From the human T2T-CHM13v2.0 reference genome, Homo sapiens, in NCBI RefSeq assembly GCF_009914755.1, contig NC_060934.1: a stretch of DNA of 64,000 nucleotides; one strand, written 5' to 3'. Each line of letters opens with the position of its first letter. The first letter of the stretch is position 1. The notes beneath the pieces are model-generated. The model saw nothing but the letters and a program-made list of their open reading frames with translations, did not search any database and was not told the DNA's origin. Below, one piece after another: positions 16,461 to 31,466 of the stretch. Made by a program: the position numbers and the translations under genes.

Positions 16461-19400
16461 AAGAGCCTACCGGGTGTCACAGATTCCTAGGCTCTGGGGT
16501 CCTGGCTGAGAGTTATAAAGGCATGAACCCTGCCTTCACAGCTGTCAGTCTGGTGGGGGCAATGGATCAGGAAACAAGCAATCATAAGACAATATGGTTA
16601 GTGGTCCAATAAGGGGAAGTTCAGGGGACCCTAACCTCATAGCAGAAGAAGTAGATTTACTCAGAAAGAGACCTGACTAATCTCCTGACTTGGTCAGACC
16701 CAGAGGCAGGGTAGGGTGAAGAATGCTTTAAGCAGACAAGATAACATGTGATAAGGTTCGACCATGGTGGGTCCAGAAAACTGAAAGAGTGTTTCTGTGG
16801 TGAGACAGAGGTAGAGAAGGATGAGAAAAGAGGCCCAAGAGGCACACAGGATCCAGACTATGCTGGCAATGGCAAAGGGAGAAAATGTTCCAAAAGAGCA
16901 GAGAAGAATCACATCCAAGAGGTATAACCCCTTGCACTGGGCTTGTCCTCCACCTCTTGGCAGTTTCCATAAATTTATGAAGAGGAGCGTGAGTCATTAT
17001 GACAAACTTCTAGGCCCTCATACTCTGGATAATCTCAGGAAATCCCACGGGACCCCTGCAGTGAAAGCTCCCTGAGGACCACAGCAGTCAGCACAGGAAG
17101 CATCTCCACCATCCTGTGGGGGGATCCACAGACTCATCCCACTGTGGCTAACAAAGCAGGGACGATCTGGATACCAACACTGGGAATTAAGACAACACGG
17201 ACAGAAGTACTTGGGAATAAAGACAGACACAAAGAGTGGAGAGAGGAAATGCGGTTGGCATGGTTATTTCTTAACCTGAAATGCATATAGGGAAAAATCA
17301 GTGTTAAGAATACTGACATACCGTAAAAACATTCTTTTCCACTCAATACTAAAACAAAAGTATTGATTTCCTTGGTTTTGCATCGTATCTTCCCCTCTGC
17401 TGCCATCTCCAGCCAAACCTAACAGAGAGAATGAAGTCTGTCTTTTCTGCTGTCTTTGATCTTCATTCCAGATGGTTAAATCCTGCTGGCCCCATATGGA
17501 GCCCAGCTTTCCTCTACAGTGAGAAAGTCCTTTGACATAAAGCTATCTGCCCGATCCAAGCTCAGAAAACAACCCTGAGTAGGGAATACAGTGGGGATAA
17601 GAATGAATATCACCCGTTAAACACAGATCTTAAAGTGGGAATCAAACTTTCATAAAAGACATTCTCAGCTCCTCCTCTTTCCTCTGTAGCCAACATCACG
17701 AGGATTGGTACCAGGATTTGTACTACTAAGCAGAGCCTTTGAAGGCCATGTGCCGTTTGCAAATCAGATTTGGTGACGTTTCAAGCTAAAGCAATTAGAT
17801 TTTTCATAAACTGTCCAAAACCTTCTCAGGATTTGGGGGTTCTGAGCCAGGATGGAGGATTTCATGGAGGCCAAAAGAGTAGCAAAAACTCGGGAAGGAT
17901 TTCATGAGGAGCAAATGCACACAGATGTGAATGTTACATCACAAACGTGCTTGCACCTCTTGTCAGCTGCAAATAACTATGCCCAAGCACCTCAGTTTTG
18001 CCTTTGCACAGAATTCCATGATTCTGAGTTCTTTTCTTTGACTTTCTTCTTCCTACTGTGTCTGCCTCTCCTGCATTCCACGCTGCTTCCCAGGCTTCCT
18101 CGTCCTACCCCCGTGTCTCATGTCATGACATCCTAAGAAATTACTCCCTGCACCCCAGGTTTTTAAATACCTGTATCCTTGACTTGGTGGTGTTTGAGGA
18201 ATTATTTCCAATCAGTCGATTAGCAAAGCTGATGGAGACTCTGGAGAAGACAGTCCCAGGCTGTGGGTGAATAAGCAAGGTCTGGTTCCTCTGGGTGCCT
18301 GTTTGCACGGCCAGAGGCTGACAGACTTTGGGTGCTCCACAGTAACCTCAGAAAGAGTCCCCCCGCAGCAGCAAATTCTCCCAATGCAGTTTTGAAACAC
18401 CGCAAGAGGAGGAAGCCTCTTTAATCAAATAATAACCAGTCAGAGATAAGGCCTGCTAGGCTGAGCTTGGCCAGCCAATCACAGGCTTCCTTCCGACTGC
18501 AAGGACAAACAGACCCAGGCTTCTGGAGTGCATTTCAGGGCTTGTTACAATTTAATGATGCAATGAATGGTGTCTTCTTCGCATTGCCTGGTGGGGATTT
18601 TCTAACTGGGGAGTAAAGCTCTGAGCTCAGTAACCTCATTCTCAGCGGAGGTGTCCACAGCTTGAGTGTTCACATGGGGCGTCAGGCTCCGGGCCTGGCT
18701 GTTTCCAATTTGCATTTCTCACTGCTGAGGGGAAGGGAGGTTTGACTGGGGCTGAGCGGGGCTGGGGTCCCCATGGGGTGAGCCTATTTGACACCAGATG
18801 TGCAGCTCACTGACTGTGACCCTGAGAAGGTTGTGGAGAGATGTTGGAGATGCTTTATGTGCATTTCGTATTTGTCTTTAAGCAGTCATGACTTTGGTCT
18901 TCTCTATTTCTTCATCCTCTTTCCAGCTGCTGCCACCCTCCCCTTTCAAAACTATTATTGCTCTGTTCGGCTTATGAAGAGCTCTAGTAAAGACAGTAGG
19001 TTCTGGGAACTAAGAAGGTGTAGGGGCGAATAAAGGCCCTTGCTAGCTGTGTCCATGTGACTTTAAACACTGTCAGTCGCTTCCTGCTTAGTTGTTGCAA
19101 AGACTACATGCATAAAAACTCCCTCTCCTTCCTCTGAGGCTCTTACAGGCCCTATAGACTGGTAGACAAACCCTCAAAGGGTCTTGATATATTAGAGCTC
19201 AATATTTAAAGGAACTTAAGGGGAACCCTCTTATTAGGTAAATATGCATTCGTTCAACAGTTATTTATTTTGCATCTACTCTGGTAGAGATGTGCTGACT
19301 GGGGGCACTGAGGTGAGCCAAACCTGGCACAGTTCCCTGCCCTCCCAAAACAATGTCAGCACAGGAGGTAGCAGTTTGTGAAAGAAGTCCTTAGTGCAGT

Positions 19401-19605
19401 GGAACCAATGGCAGGGACTGGTGAAGAGGGCTTGTCTTGAAGGGTATGGGCCTGTCCAAAGGAACCACAACAAAACCAGCAGTGGTAGACAGGAAGCGGA
19501 TCCAAGTCAGAGGGACAAGTACAGTCAAATATTCTCCAAGGGGACCCCCTGCAGGGCTCCTACTGGGGAAAGGAGAAAAAGCAAAGGTGTGTATCTCCTC
19601 TCCTT

Positions 19606-20505
<900 letters not shown>

Positions 20506-21504
20506 CCCTTATAGCCACGAATTCACAACCTCATAGCAGGGAAACAGGAAAGAAACAAAGCAAGCGAGAGAGCTAGTCATTAAAGGGCTTCTCTCCCGCC
20601 AGAAGTTATGATGTCATAGCAGTAGCCAAGTCTAACATTTACACAGATTTTCACAGTGCATAAAGCACAATTATACATTCTGTCTCATGTAACCCTCCCT
20701 ACAACCCTAAGCAAAAGGAAGGTAGTATTTTTATTGCCCTTTCAAAGATGAGGTGCTGGAGAATCAGAAACTTTAGAGTAACTTGCCAAAATCTACCCAG
20801 GCAGGAACTGAAGCCAGAATGAAGTCCTGTGATCTTCCTACTCCAACTCTTCACACACAAAACAGGTCTTTATTCTTCTCCTACATATTCAGTCTTGGCT
20901 TCCTAGCTGTTTAGATCAAGAGAAAAAAAGAAAGAAATTTAAAAGGACTTCATTGTTTATGGAGAAAATGGCAATGAGGTCAACAAATAGCTGTTATGTT
21001 GGCATTTAAAACATTTTTACCTAAGGCTCAGAAAGACTGAATATCTTACCAAAAGGCACAGAGCTAGCAAGCTGGCCATTGACGATTCAAAGGAAGATAG
21101 AAATCTGATTCCCAGACACAGGTGAGATCAACTTGCTTCCTTCCTAACAGCCTACTGAGGGCAGTGCCTCTGCAGCTGCCTGGCTTGTTCAAGTGAGAGG
21201 AAGGTGAACTCTGGGTGAAAGCACTGCAGATGGGGTAGGACTGGCTGAGGAGGATGCCATACAGAGCAGGGGCACACGGAAATGGATTAAGGATCATGGG
21301 AGTCTCAAGATGCAGGGGAAGATGGCTACAAAGGAGAGAAAACAGAGCGACTATGGAGAGATGGAGAGGACTTCACTGAAGGCTCGCCAAGTTCTCAGCT
21401 TGACCCATTGCAAGGAATGTTTTATCCAAACCCTTGAGGTCACCAGATAAACAATAAGGGAGATGCGCTGGGTAGGATGGTATAAGAAAAAAAAATCAAC
21501 CTGG

Positions 21505-22126
21505 TGTTACCAGAAAGGGGTCCTGATTCAGACACCAAAAGAGGGTTCTTGGTGCAAGAAAGAATTTGGGGCAAGTCCACAGAGTGAAGTGAAAGCAAGT
21601 TTCTAAGAGAAGTAAAGAAACAAATGAACAGCTACTCCATAGACAGAGCAGCAGCATGGACTGCTCAACTGAATATACTTATGGTTACTCCTTGATTATA
21701 TGCTAAACAAGGGATGGATTATTCACAAATTTCCCAGGAAAGGTGTGAGGAGTTCCCGGAATTGAGGTTTCAACTCATGAGGTTTTTTAGACTACACAGG
21801 GTAAATGCCTTCGCATTTGTAAACTGTCATGGTGCACGTGGGAGTGTCTTTTGGCATGCTAATGCATTATAATTAATACATAATGAGCAGTGAGGATGAC
21901 CAGAGGCTGCTTTTGTAGCCATCTTGGTTTTGGTGGGTGTTAGCCCGCGTCTTTACTGCATCCTGTTGTATCAGCAAGGTCTTTGTGACCTGTATCTTGC
22001 CCCAACCTCCTATCTCGTTCTGTGGCTAAGAATGCCTAACCTCTTGGGAATTCAGCCCAGCAGGTCTCAGCCTCATTTTACCAGCCCCTATTCAAGATGG
22101 AGTCACTGGTTTGAATGCCTCTGACT
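21505..22126 (-). mobile_element. ERV1 solo LTR MER41B-like
   Basis: Termini tgttaccagaaagggg / aatgcctctgac; MER41B-type taatgcattataatta segment and GAS-bearing segment; TSD ctgg/cagg. Confidence 0.88.
21731..21761. promoter_or_regulatory. Tandem STAT motifs in MER41B: TTCCCGGAA (N3 GAS) and TTCCCAGGAA (N4)
   Basis: Motifs at 21753-21761 and 21731-21740, at the known MER41B GAS position. Confidence 0.6.
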
Positions 22127-22715
22127 CAGGGACGACAAATGTGGTGACTGAGAGTGACAGCATCCTCCCAGATTCTCAGCACCTGTCCAGTCCCAACCAA
22201 AGCCCACAGCCCTGGCAGAGCAGCACCAGAAAAGGACCTTCCCAAAAGGGGGTAAAGCTCTCCATGGGGGTAGAGAGGAGGCTGAGCAGGCCAAGTGCAC
22301 ACAGGTGACAGGGCCTGGCCACAGGTCATGTCTGAGATGGAGATTCCAGTGCAAAGTGCTTTCACCTGGGAGTGGGGATGACGGAAAGGACAGCAGGGAT
22401 GTGGAAGTACCAGAGGTCTGGAACCAGCTAGGCACCTCACAGCCCCTGGATCTTGATTCGTGGCACCAAGATCCTGCCAACTTCATTTGATTTCCCTTTT
22501 ATTTTCATTACTTACAGAACTCAGTACATATCAGGCACGTCACTGTCAGATTGACTCCAAAATCCATAATTTTTCTATCATTTCATGCTCCCACTCCTAA
22601 GAGAGTTCTTAAATTCATTTTCTTTCTGTCTTTTGCAAGCTGTCACTTATTACATTTTCCCTCCTGCGATTATTCTAGCACTACCAAAATCACTTGTGTG
22701 TGTTTGCAGCATACA

Positions 22716-23419
22716 TGAAACCCCCTTTGCAAAAATTATATAACAGTGAGATTATGACAGTCGAAGAGATCTGATCTAAGCAACCCCAATTTGCCTTTAA
22801 CCTCCAAAATGCCCTTAATCATTCCTGGGGTCTGGCCAAGTGACCTTTGGGAGACATTTAATTTATAGTTTAAATGATAGCCCTTCCCTAAAACTAAGCC
22901 ACCTTTGTAAAACTAATGAAAGACCACCAGGTCAGGAGAATGAAAGGAGCCTGAATTCTGCTAAGGTAAACAATTACCAGCCATTATTCTGGAGGTCACA
23001 AGATTTGCCACTTTTCCAATTACTCCTGCAGATAACATTGCTCTTGTAGAACCTAAGATAAGCCTTTTTAGATGTCTTTTCAGGTTTTTGCATTTCTGAC
23101 TACTGATGGCTCCACCCAGACAGCCAGTTGGATCTGTGGCCCCACCCAGAAGTAGACTGAGCAGGCAGGAGGACCATTTTCCACACCCCTATGATTGGAT
23201 CCCCAACCAATCAGCAGCACCCATTCCCTGGCCCACCAAACTATCCTAGAAAAACCCTAGCCTCTGAATGTTTCGGGTGATTGATTTGTGTAATAAAATT
23301 CCTGTCTGCCATTCTGCAGGCTCTGCATGAATTAAACTCTTTCTCTATTGGAATTCTCCTGTCTTGATAAATTGGCTCTATCTAGGCAGTAGGCAAAATG
23401 GAACCACTGGGTGGTTTCA
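22716..23419 (+). mobile_element. ERV1 solo LTR, LTR8 family
   Basis: tgaaaccccctttgcaaaaattata start, ggtggtttca end; perfect 4-bp TSD taca. Confidence 0.85.
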
Positions 23420-23854
23420 TACATGCATCTAGAGCCATACTCATATATAACTGTGAGAATACATCTCTGTGTGCACATATATTCATATGCATGTATCTTT
23501 GCTTTTAGCTATATGTGTTTTGTTGCCTTCAGAGAAGGGTGTGAGTGGCTTTAGTTTTAATTTCCTTGAGGCTAGGTAAAAGCCTGTCCTTGAATAGTGG
23601 GTTTGTGGTGATCTTCTTATTGTATGTCATCACTTGAGTAAAGAAACTGACTCCTGTAACGAGGACAATTACTTTGCTGCAGCTATCTTCTGAGTATTTT
23701 TTCTCTGGGATGGTTCTTTCATCCCAGAGAAGATTTGTGGAAACTTCCATTAATGGTGTTACCCAATGATGTGTACCATTGATGTGCATGTCATGACCAA
23801 ACTAAACCCATCTTTGATTTGGCTTTGATCTGCACTGCCAAGGACAGATCTCAA

Positions 23855-23856
<2 letters not shown>

Positions 23857-23886
<30 letters not shown>
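23857..23886. repeat. (CA)n microsatellite
   Basis: Direct observation. Confidence 0.95.
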
Positions 23887-23890
<4 letters not shown>

Positions 23891-24382
23891 ACTTACATGG
23901 GGAGATTATTCACAAATTCAGAACATCTTAGCACCAGGCAGCCAATATAAATGAGAAAACTGGGTTAGACGTGATTAATGAGAAGTAGTGGGGACTGGGG
24001 TCAAGTGGACAATATATATCACATCCAATGGCATCTACTATCTCCAGCCCAATATTGCCATGGGAAAATGTAGTCTCAGTGTGGTCAAATCTTTTTATTT
24101 TCAAAGGAGGCTAGAAATAAGGATTTTAATGTGAAATCTCCATTTTTTTTAATTTGGTAAACATTCACAGATATGAAATACTGTACAAGCCAGAAAGCAC
24201 ACACAGATTTCAAGATAAACTTAGTCTGTGGGCTGCCAGTTTTTGCCCCTTAATGTGGACATAATATGCACTTGCTTACACATACCTACCTACTCTTGCA
24301 CGGTGACCAAATATTCTAAGTAGACTGTGAGAGCCAATCCTCCAGATGGCTGTGGGTTTGTCTCTCTTACTTCTGTAATCTA

Positions 24383-24555
24383 GAGTCATCAAAGTGTGGT
24401 GGGAGGACCCCTGTATCACTAGTCTTCAGGAACTTAATAAGCATACAGATTCCTAGGCACCACCCCAGAAGCCCTGGGGACAGAATCTGGGAATCTGCAT
24501 TTTAACAGAATGCCCAAGTAATTATGATGCCCACTCAAATTTAAGAATCACTGGC
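24383..24555. mobile_element. MER5-type hAT-Charlie element
   Basis: caaagtgtggt...gaatctgcattttaaca...tttaagaatcactg. Confidence 0.7.
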
Positions 24556-24949
24556 TCTAGGTCTGAAGAACCTTGAGTATAAGATAAGGCATTTAAGTGT
24601 GTCCTGAAAGCTCTGGAAAATGTCTGAAAGTGACATACTTCAACTTAGGTTTTAAAAAGATGGCACCAATCTGTCATTGTATACCCCAGAACAGTGTGTC
24701 TCAACATGTGGTCTTGGCCACTGTTGCATCAGAACCACTTTGATATCCTGTTGAAATGCAGACTTCTATGCCCTTCTGAGTCACAATTTCTCATACGTGC
24801 TATAATCATAACAGGGAATATGACTATGGCTAAATATGAACCAAGCACTTCATATAAAATGCAGATAATAACGCTGCAAAATAGATACCACTATGTTCAT
24901 TTCATAAATAAGAAAACGAGACTCACAAAGGTGACATGTGTAGTAGTAT

Positions 24950-25200
24950 TCTGGATATATTTCAAAAGAAAAACAGCATCCTTATCCTTCAGAGATACCT
25001 ACCAAAATATTCACCAGTGAAATGATATGATGTCTGGGGATTTGTTCCAAACTAATACAAGAGAGAGGATGTGGGTGATGCTAAAGGTGAAACAAAATTT
25101 GTCATGAGTTGACAATTGTTGAAGTTGGGTGATGAGTTATTCAGGTGCTTTATAATTTGTTATTCTATATTTTTCTCATTTTTCTAAATTTAAATTTTTT
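24950..25200 (+). mobile_element. L1MC/ME-type 3' fragment
   Basis: gaaatgatatgatgtctgggga...gttgacaattgttgaagttgggtgatg. Confidence 0.55.
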
Positions 25201-26686
25201 CTATTTTTTATAATGAATTGAAAGAAAAGACTTCCTTCCTACCACTGCATCATGCATTATAGAGCTTTACAAATATATGGTTGCTAAATGAATGATTTTG
25301 CCCACTGTTTGTGCCTAACCTGAATATTAGCAAGATTCTAGTCATTAAGAGTCCCACGCAAACCCAGACATATTTCTATCGATTTGTTTTTTAAAATGAC
25401 TCATCAATGCCTATAACACCCCTCAATATCGTAAGTTTGTTTATGGCCAAGAACCCACCTATTTGCTATACCTGGCATAGATCCTTGTACTTGGTAGGTA
25501 TTCAATGAATGCCAGATGGGTGAAGGTGACCTGTGAGCCTGGGGAAGGCTGAAATGACTCAGAGCACCCTGCACACATACCTGTCTTCATGCCAAATGGG
25601 AACATCTCAGGCTTTCCTCCCAGGGTCCCTCTTTGAAGCATGGCACACATTGTTCCTGATAACTTCAGGCTACTCCACTATGCACCCCCTTTTATTATTG
25701 CCTTATGTATATTTGCTTGTTCAGGTGTGCATGTTCAGTCTTCCCAGCTAGATCATGAGCTGCCTTGAGGTTGAGAACAATGTTCTCTCAGATCTCTGTA
25801 GTCTCCAGGCCTAGCACAGAGCCAGGCCCAGCCACACCATTTACCCATGGCGTGGGTAAATGATCCATGCCATGCCAGCCACAGAGGAGCACTGTTTAGA
25901 TTCCCCTTCAAGAGAACCTTCTGCAGGTGCCTGGTTGACTGACAGCCTCTCGGTGCTGTCCTGTTGACTCCACCATGCCATTCCTGCCAGGGCCACATGT
26001 ACCCCAGGCCACTCCTGGTCAGCAGCTGAATACAATGGTGGCATAGGAGCCAGGCCTCTCCCTTTCTCCCCATGTAGCCTTCTCTCATCAGTCTGGCAGC
26101 CTTTCTCAGAGCTGCCCTGTGGTCTGAGGCTCCTCTGACCTAATCCTTCCTTTGCTCTCTCCTTTCACAGGACTCAGACCTGTAGCATGGTCCAAGGCCA
26201 GCCTAATTCTGCTCCATTTCCTTTCACCCTTCATAAACACCTCCCCCAATAAATCTTTTACATATCTACTCCTGTTTCAGTATCTTCTTCTAGGAGGACT
26301 CACACTGTTGAATAGGTGAAGTGCCTGAGATCCAATAACAACCAGGGATTTCCAAGCTCCCTGTCTTGCACATGAAAAAAATTCTATCGATCTCCTAGTT
26401 TACAGCTAAATATGTGGTGTGTAACTCTTATCCTAAAACAAACTAAATCAACTTTTCCACATCAAACTAGGACATTCTATTTTGAAGTCACATGTTGCAG
26501 TGGAATGAACTGAGGGCGTTAGGGAACCTATACAGTGATACCTGGCCTTGTGACCTTAAGCAAATCACTTCTTATGTTCCCTCACTTTCTTTATTCTTAA
26601 AGTAAGGCTACTAGGATCTTCCTTCCTCCTTCATGGAGATGTTGGATATATTTATGTTTTTTAGAAGTACTCTAAACTGCCCTAAG

Positions 26687-26893
26687 ACAGGGTTTGCAAA
26701 CTTTTCTGAAAAGAACAAAATAGCAAATATTTTAGGCTATATGGGTCATACAGTCTCTTTTACAACTAATCAACTGTGCCATGTAGCACAAAAGCTGCCA
26801 ATATAAACAAAGACTACAGCAAAATTCTATTCAAATAAAAACTTGTGGTGGGCTGGACTTGGTCCCAGGGCTGTAATTTACTGACCCTTGCCC
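26687..26893. mobile_element. MER58A-like MITE
   Basis: cagggtttgcaaacttttctg..aaatattttaggct...tttactgacccttg. Confidence 0.75.
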
Positions 26894-29490
26894 TAGAGTC
26901 ATGGACGCTTATGGTTGGAAAAGATAACAGGCATCACAGGGTTTTAGGTAACTAGATCCTTCCTCTGACATTCATCATAGACCTGACTAATCCATCAGGA
27001 AGCGCCTTCCTGCAGAGTTCAGAAGCAGCCTCAGCATCCTTCTTAACACAGGGTGACCAATCAAGCTAAGATGACATGTGTAGTGATGTCTATCATTTCC
27101 TCTTGATTTGTTCACATCCCACACCCCCCAACTGAGAAAACTGAGACCAATTATTCAGTAATAATGAATATAAAAGTGTTTTGAAAAGTATAAAGTATTC
27201 CTTCAATGTAAAACATTCTTATCTGGAGCAAAAAAAATCCCAGCCATTTAAAATACAATTTAAGTAATAATAAGTTAAATTATTTCATACACAATGATCA
27301 TGGTTATTTTTTTGCAGCAAGAACAACTAGGCCCAAAGTGCTGTTTTCCCATCTCCTGGAAAGTAGGGATGCATTCTTTTAGTATGTACAGATAAATGTC
27401 TGCCTTGTTTCTCCACTGGCAGAAAATGAGCTGAGCTTTCTGGCCTTAGGTTGCAGTTCAGGAGGCAAGGTTTAAATTTCCTCCACTGCAAGACACAGGT
27501 GCTGAGAGAGAGTTGCAAGCTATCTTAGATTCCCTCCAAGCAAGTGTCTGTATTCAAAGCAAAGCCCATCATAACTGGGAAACACCGTGTTCCCCTGGCC
27601 TCTCTTCTCCTTGAAGCTGTTTGTTTTTGTGTTTTGGGAAGGCAACCTTGACATTTCCTCTCTCTATTCAAACTTGTTGATCAGAAAGATCAAAAAGCCT
27701 TCTGTAAAATATGCAAGTACTAAGGACTAAAAACATCCTTTTCTGCCCCTAAGAATCCAAAGACCCTTATGAATATTAAATAGATGAATCTTTGCCATTT
27801 GGAAGTCAACCACCCCTTTTGGAATCAGATGACAGCCATGGAGCTCTCGGCAGGAAAAATGCATGTGCGATAGTCACCGCAAGTTCTCCAGCCTCCAGGA
27901 TCACCTCTTTGTTTATATCCAAACAACAATAATCCCAGACCAGTTAGTATCACAGTCATTTCCACAGAATGCATATAGCCTTCTCATTAAGCAGAACACT
28001 CAACATTCTAGTTTGAAGCACATGCCTTAGGATGACTTTGCCTGGTCAGGGCCGGCCTGGTGATCCCATGTGCCAGCCTCACTCCCCAGCAAGAAAGTGG
28101 CCCCAGGGGTCTCCGCCAGAATGGGGTGGATGGCACCCCAACCTGGATTTCAGCTTCTGGTCTAGAATGCAGGATGTGCTGCCTTTTCACAATGTGACAC
28201 TATCCAGATTCCCTCACCACACACACAAGCACAAATTTGCCCACAATTCCAAAATCCCAGAGGAGAGCCCAGCACTGGATAAGCCCCTCTAATGGCCTTG
28301 CCTGGGAGCTGCTGGTTCCTGGAGGGAAGAGTCCTGAGGGTGGGGACCATTGAGTCAAGTCCTGGAAAGCCAGGGACTGGGGTTCAAAACTTCTGGGTAC
28401 TGAGTACCTAGTCTGGGTGTGACCACCGTGTCTGGGTGTGACCACCACCACCTTTCCATTCCACAATGCCACCCTCCTACCTATGCCAGCCAGTCAGCCA
28501 GCCTGATTCCACTACCAGGATGTTTACATGGGGAAGCAAAGGGGAAAGAATATTCTGGGGACTCATGGGTTTGTGGGAGTCTGAGTGGGATCCCCTGGCA
28601 CTGTGATCTGCTACACAGCAGTTCACAGTCCCCTTTCCATAAGTAAAGCCCTCTCTGACCTCTCCATATAAAATGTCAGCTTCCCCTCGACTCCCCACCA
28701 CCACCCAGCATCTCTGTCCCTGCTACCTGCCTTCATTTTCCTCCATTACATGAATCATCATAAAACATTGCAGAGCTCATTGTCTATCAACTATCCCCCT
28801 CCACTAGGGTGTCAGCTTCTTAATGGCAAGCATGTTTTGTTTTGCTCGCTGCGGTGTTCCCTTCATCTAGAAGAATGCCTGGCACAATAAATATTTATTA
28901 AATCGATATAATGAATAAACAAAGGAATCACAAGTAGCCTTGTTTCTAGAGCCCAGCTCAGCCCCACCTCCCCTGGGAGCCTCCCCTGACTGCTCTGAGG
29001 ATCACACCATTTTTCCCATGGTGCTCATTTATTTTGTCAACAAGCTTGTATTGAGCACCCACTATGTGCCAGATCCCAAGCTAGGCCCTGAGTTTACAGG
29101 ACAGACCAAGCAAACCCCTTGCCCAAATAGCTTGCAATGTAGTTTAGCACATAAAAGTCATCTAGTTTGGGTTTCCAATTGCTTCCTGATCTTCCAGAGA
29201 TCAAGGAGATGCTAAAGGAGGGAGAAGACTGACATTGCCTGAGCACCCACTATGTTCTCAGCATGTGATATGTGCTTTTCTGGAACCAGGTGGGTTTTGC
29301 CCCTGAAAAGAAGGTCATCGTTGTGGAGAGTGTGGGAGGGGAAGAAGTAGGACTTGCAGAGCACAACAATTAGAACACAGAGGCTGCAGGGAAGTGTGAG
29401 CCATTTCCCACTGGAAATAGAAAAGGAGGCTCAGAAGAGACATGGGCAAGGATCACTAGGCCTGGTGTAAAGAAGCCCAGTTGCACCCTG

Positions 29491-30071
29491 TGTTGGGGTG
29501 ATCAGACCCAACACCAGGCCATGGGGGCTATGAAGTCCAGCAGAGCCAAAGAAATGAGAAAAGACAAGAAAGTGGGACCAGGGGGCCAACACTAGTATGG
29601 AAGCTGCAAAGACCCCGAGCTCTGGGAGCCCATGCTATTTATTGGTGATCAAACAGAGAAACAGGTGGTGAGGTTGTGAGGGTTGAGAGAAAGTGATGCA
29701 TCAAGCGACTGAGCTGCAGCTGTGATGGTTTAGCATTTTCTTTGAAGCATATGGAACGTGTTCTGCTACTTGAGATAGTAAGAGTGCTAGAAGCAAGGAG
29801 TCAGCAAGTCTAGACACATTCCAGAGGCCACGAGGGGTTTTATGCCCTGAGCCCTGGATTCCATCCAAGCCATGAGGGGTTTTATGCCCTGGGCTTAGAT
29901 TATAGTGCAGCAGGGCAGACTTCCACCCTTTAGCACAGAGCTTGGTGTTCCAAAGGCCACGAGGGGTTTTAGACCCTGGACCCCGGACATGTTCCAAGAC
30001 TCTTTTACATTATGTCAGACACGCAAGCCCTGCCTCAGCTTCTCTCCCAACATTCAGCTTTTCTCCCAACA
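29491..30071 (-). mobile_element. ERVK solo LTR, LTR14B/C-like (HML-1)
   Basis: The minus strand begins tgttgggagaaaagctgaatgttgggagagaagctgaggcaggg; three internal gcca.gaggggtttta repeats; TG...CA termini. Confidence 0.75.
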
Positions 30072-31466
30072 CCGTGACCCCTCAGGCATGCCACTCTCGT
30101 TCTCTAAGCTGTTTCCATTTCAGTAAAGGGCAATTGCTAGCCTCAGCAACCTCTAAGGCTCACTACATAAAGACATCTATGATCTTTTCTAATCAACACA
30201 GCATCTTCCTCCTTTACTTCCTGTGGACCCTGTCCTGATACCTCAGTTTAGAAAATGACTTATGACAGTTAATGTGATCTTTCCACAAAGGAGGGTCCAT
30301 TACACCTGACCTTTGATTTAGGCAAAATAGTTTGGGGGATAAAGGAGCATGAAAGAGCTCAGGGGTTTTCACTGTTCTGTTCTTTCCAATTAACCTTAGA
30401 GCCTTCTCTCCTGCTCTGCCCTCTCCTGGGACCTCCCCATCCTGGAGCCCAGCCATAAGCTGTCTTGGTTCTTCAGTTGCTCAAGTGACTCACCTGATTG
30501 GCTGTGAGGTCCAAAGCCCACTAGGCCTTCCACAGGGCTGAAGCCAAGAAGACGGCCCCTTGAGTAACTTCTCCCTCATCATGCTGGTTCCCATCCCTGA
30601 AGAAGATGGGCCAAGACAGGCGAAAGAGGGCATGAGCTGAAGACACGCACTGAGCAGTTGCCTCTCATCTTGCTGTGAGTGGCTAGGCAGAGGTTAAGGT
30701 TTCCTGTCCCCACCCCCTCCCATTGCCCAATTGTCCACAAGGAAAACCACATAGCAAGTACTGGGTGGCTTTTGGAACCACAAACAGTCCGGATCAATTT
30801 GTTCTAAAGGCTCATTGAGCAACCACATTGCCCTCTTCCCTCTTGCCTGTCTGGCCATGAGGCTCCCTGCTGAGCAATTGCCTGCCCAGACAGGCAAGAA
30901 TGCCAGCTCCTCAATTATAAGGGTCTGGATGCATAAAGCATAGCTCGACTAATTGACCACATCCCACTTGCAATCACGACAAGACAACATGAATAGAATC
31001 ATAGTTTCCTCACTAATCATTTCAAGGTCTTTCTAAACACAATCTTTCTTCCAAATGTGTTATCTCACCACCAGCCTGAGATAGGTTGCTAGTGATAATA
31101 ATTAACTGATGGATGACAGGAAGCTAAAAACTATTCTTTAAACAAAAGAATATGATAGTATCATTTTAATAGCTCTGCTTAGCATTTTGATAAACAAACA
31201 ACATTTTTTGTTTGTGGATTCTGTAAAGATGTCTAAATCAATAATCTCAAAAAGACTTACATATTCTGTAACCAAGATATCAGAAAGTTAAAATCAAACA
31301 ATTCAATTACGAATGTTTATTGAGTATCCACCATTCACAAGGCACTGGGCTGTGGGTTGATACACAGATGTATAAAGCTCAATCCTTGACTTGGAGATGG
31401 TGAGTTGGTCACTCATCAGGGTTTGAGGACAGAAAAGTTTTGCAACCTACATAAAAATAAAGGAGT

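Noticed and set aside
28411-28450. 19-bp tandem duplication gtctgggtgtgaccacc
   Set aside because: Ordinary slippage duplication with no further structure
29820-29980. Repeat-spacer-like triplet gcca.gaggggtttta
   Set aside because: Internal tandem repeats of the ERVK LTR; not CRISPR-like, and the DNA is eukaryotic
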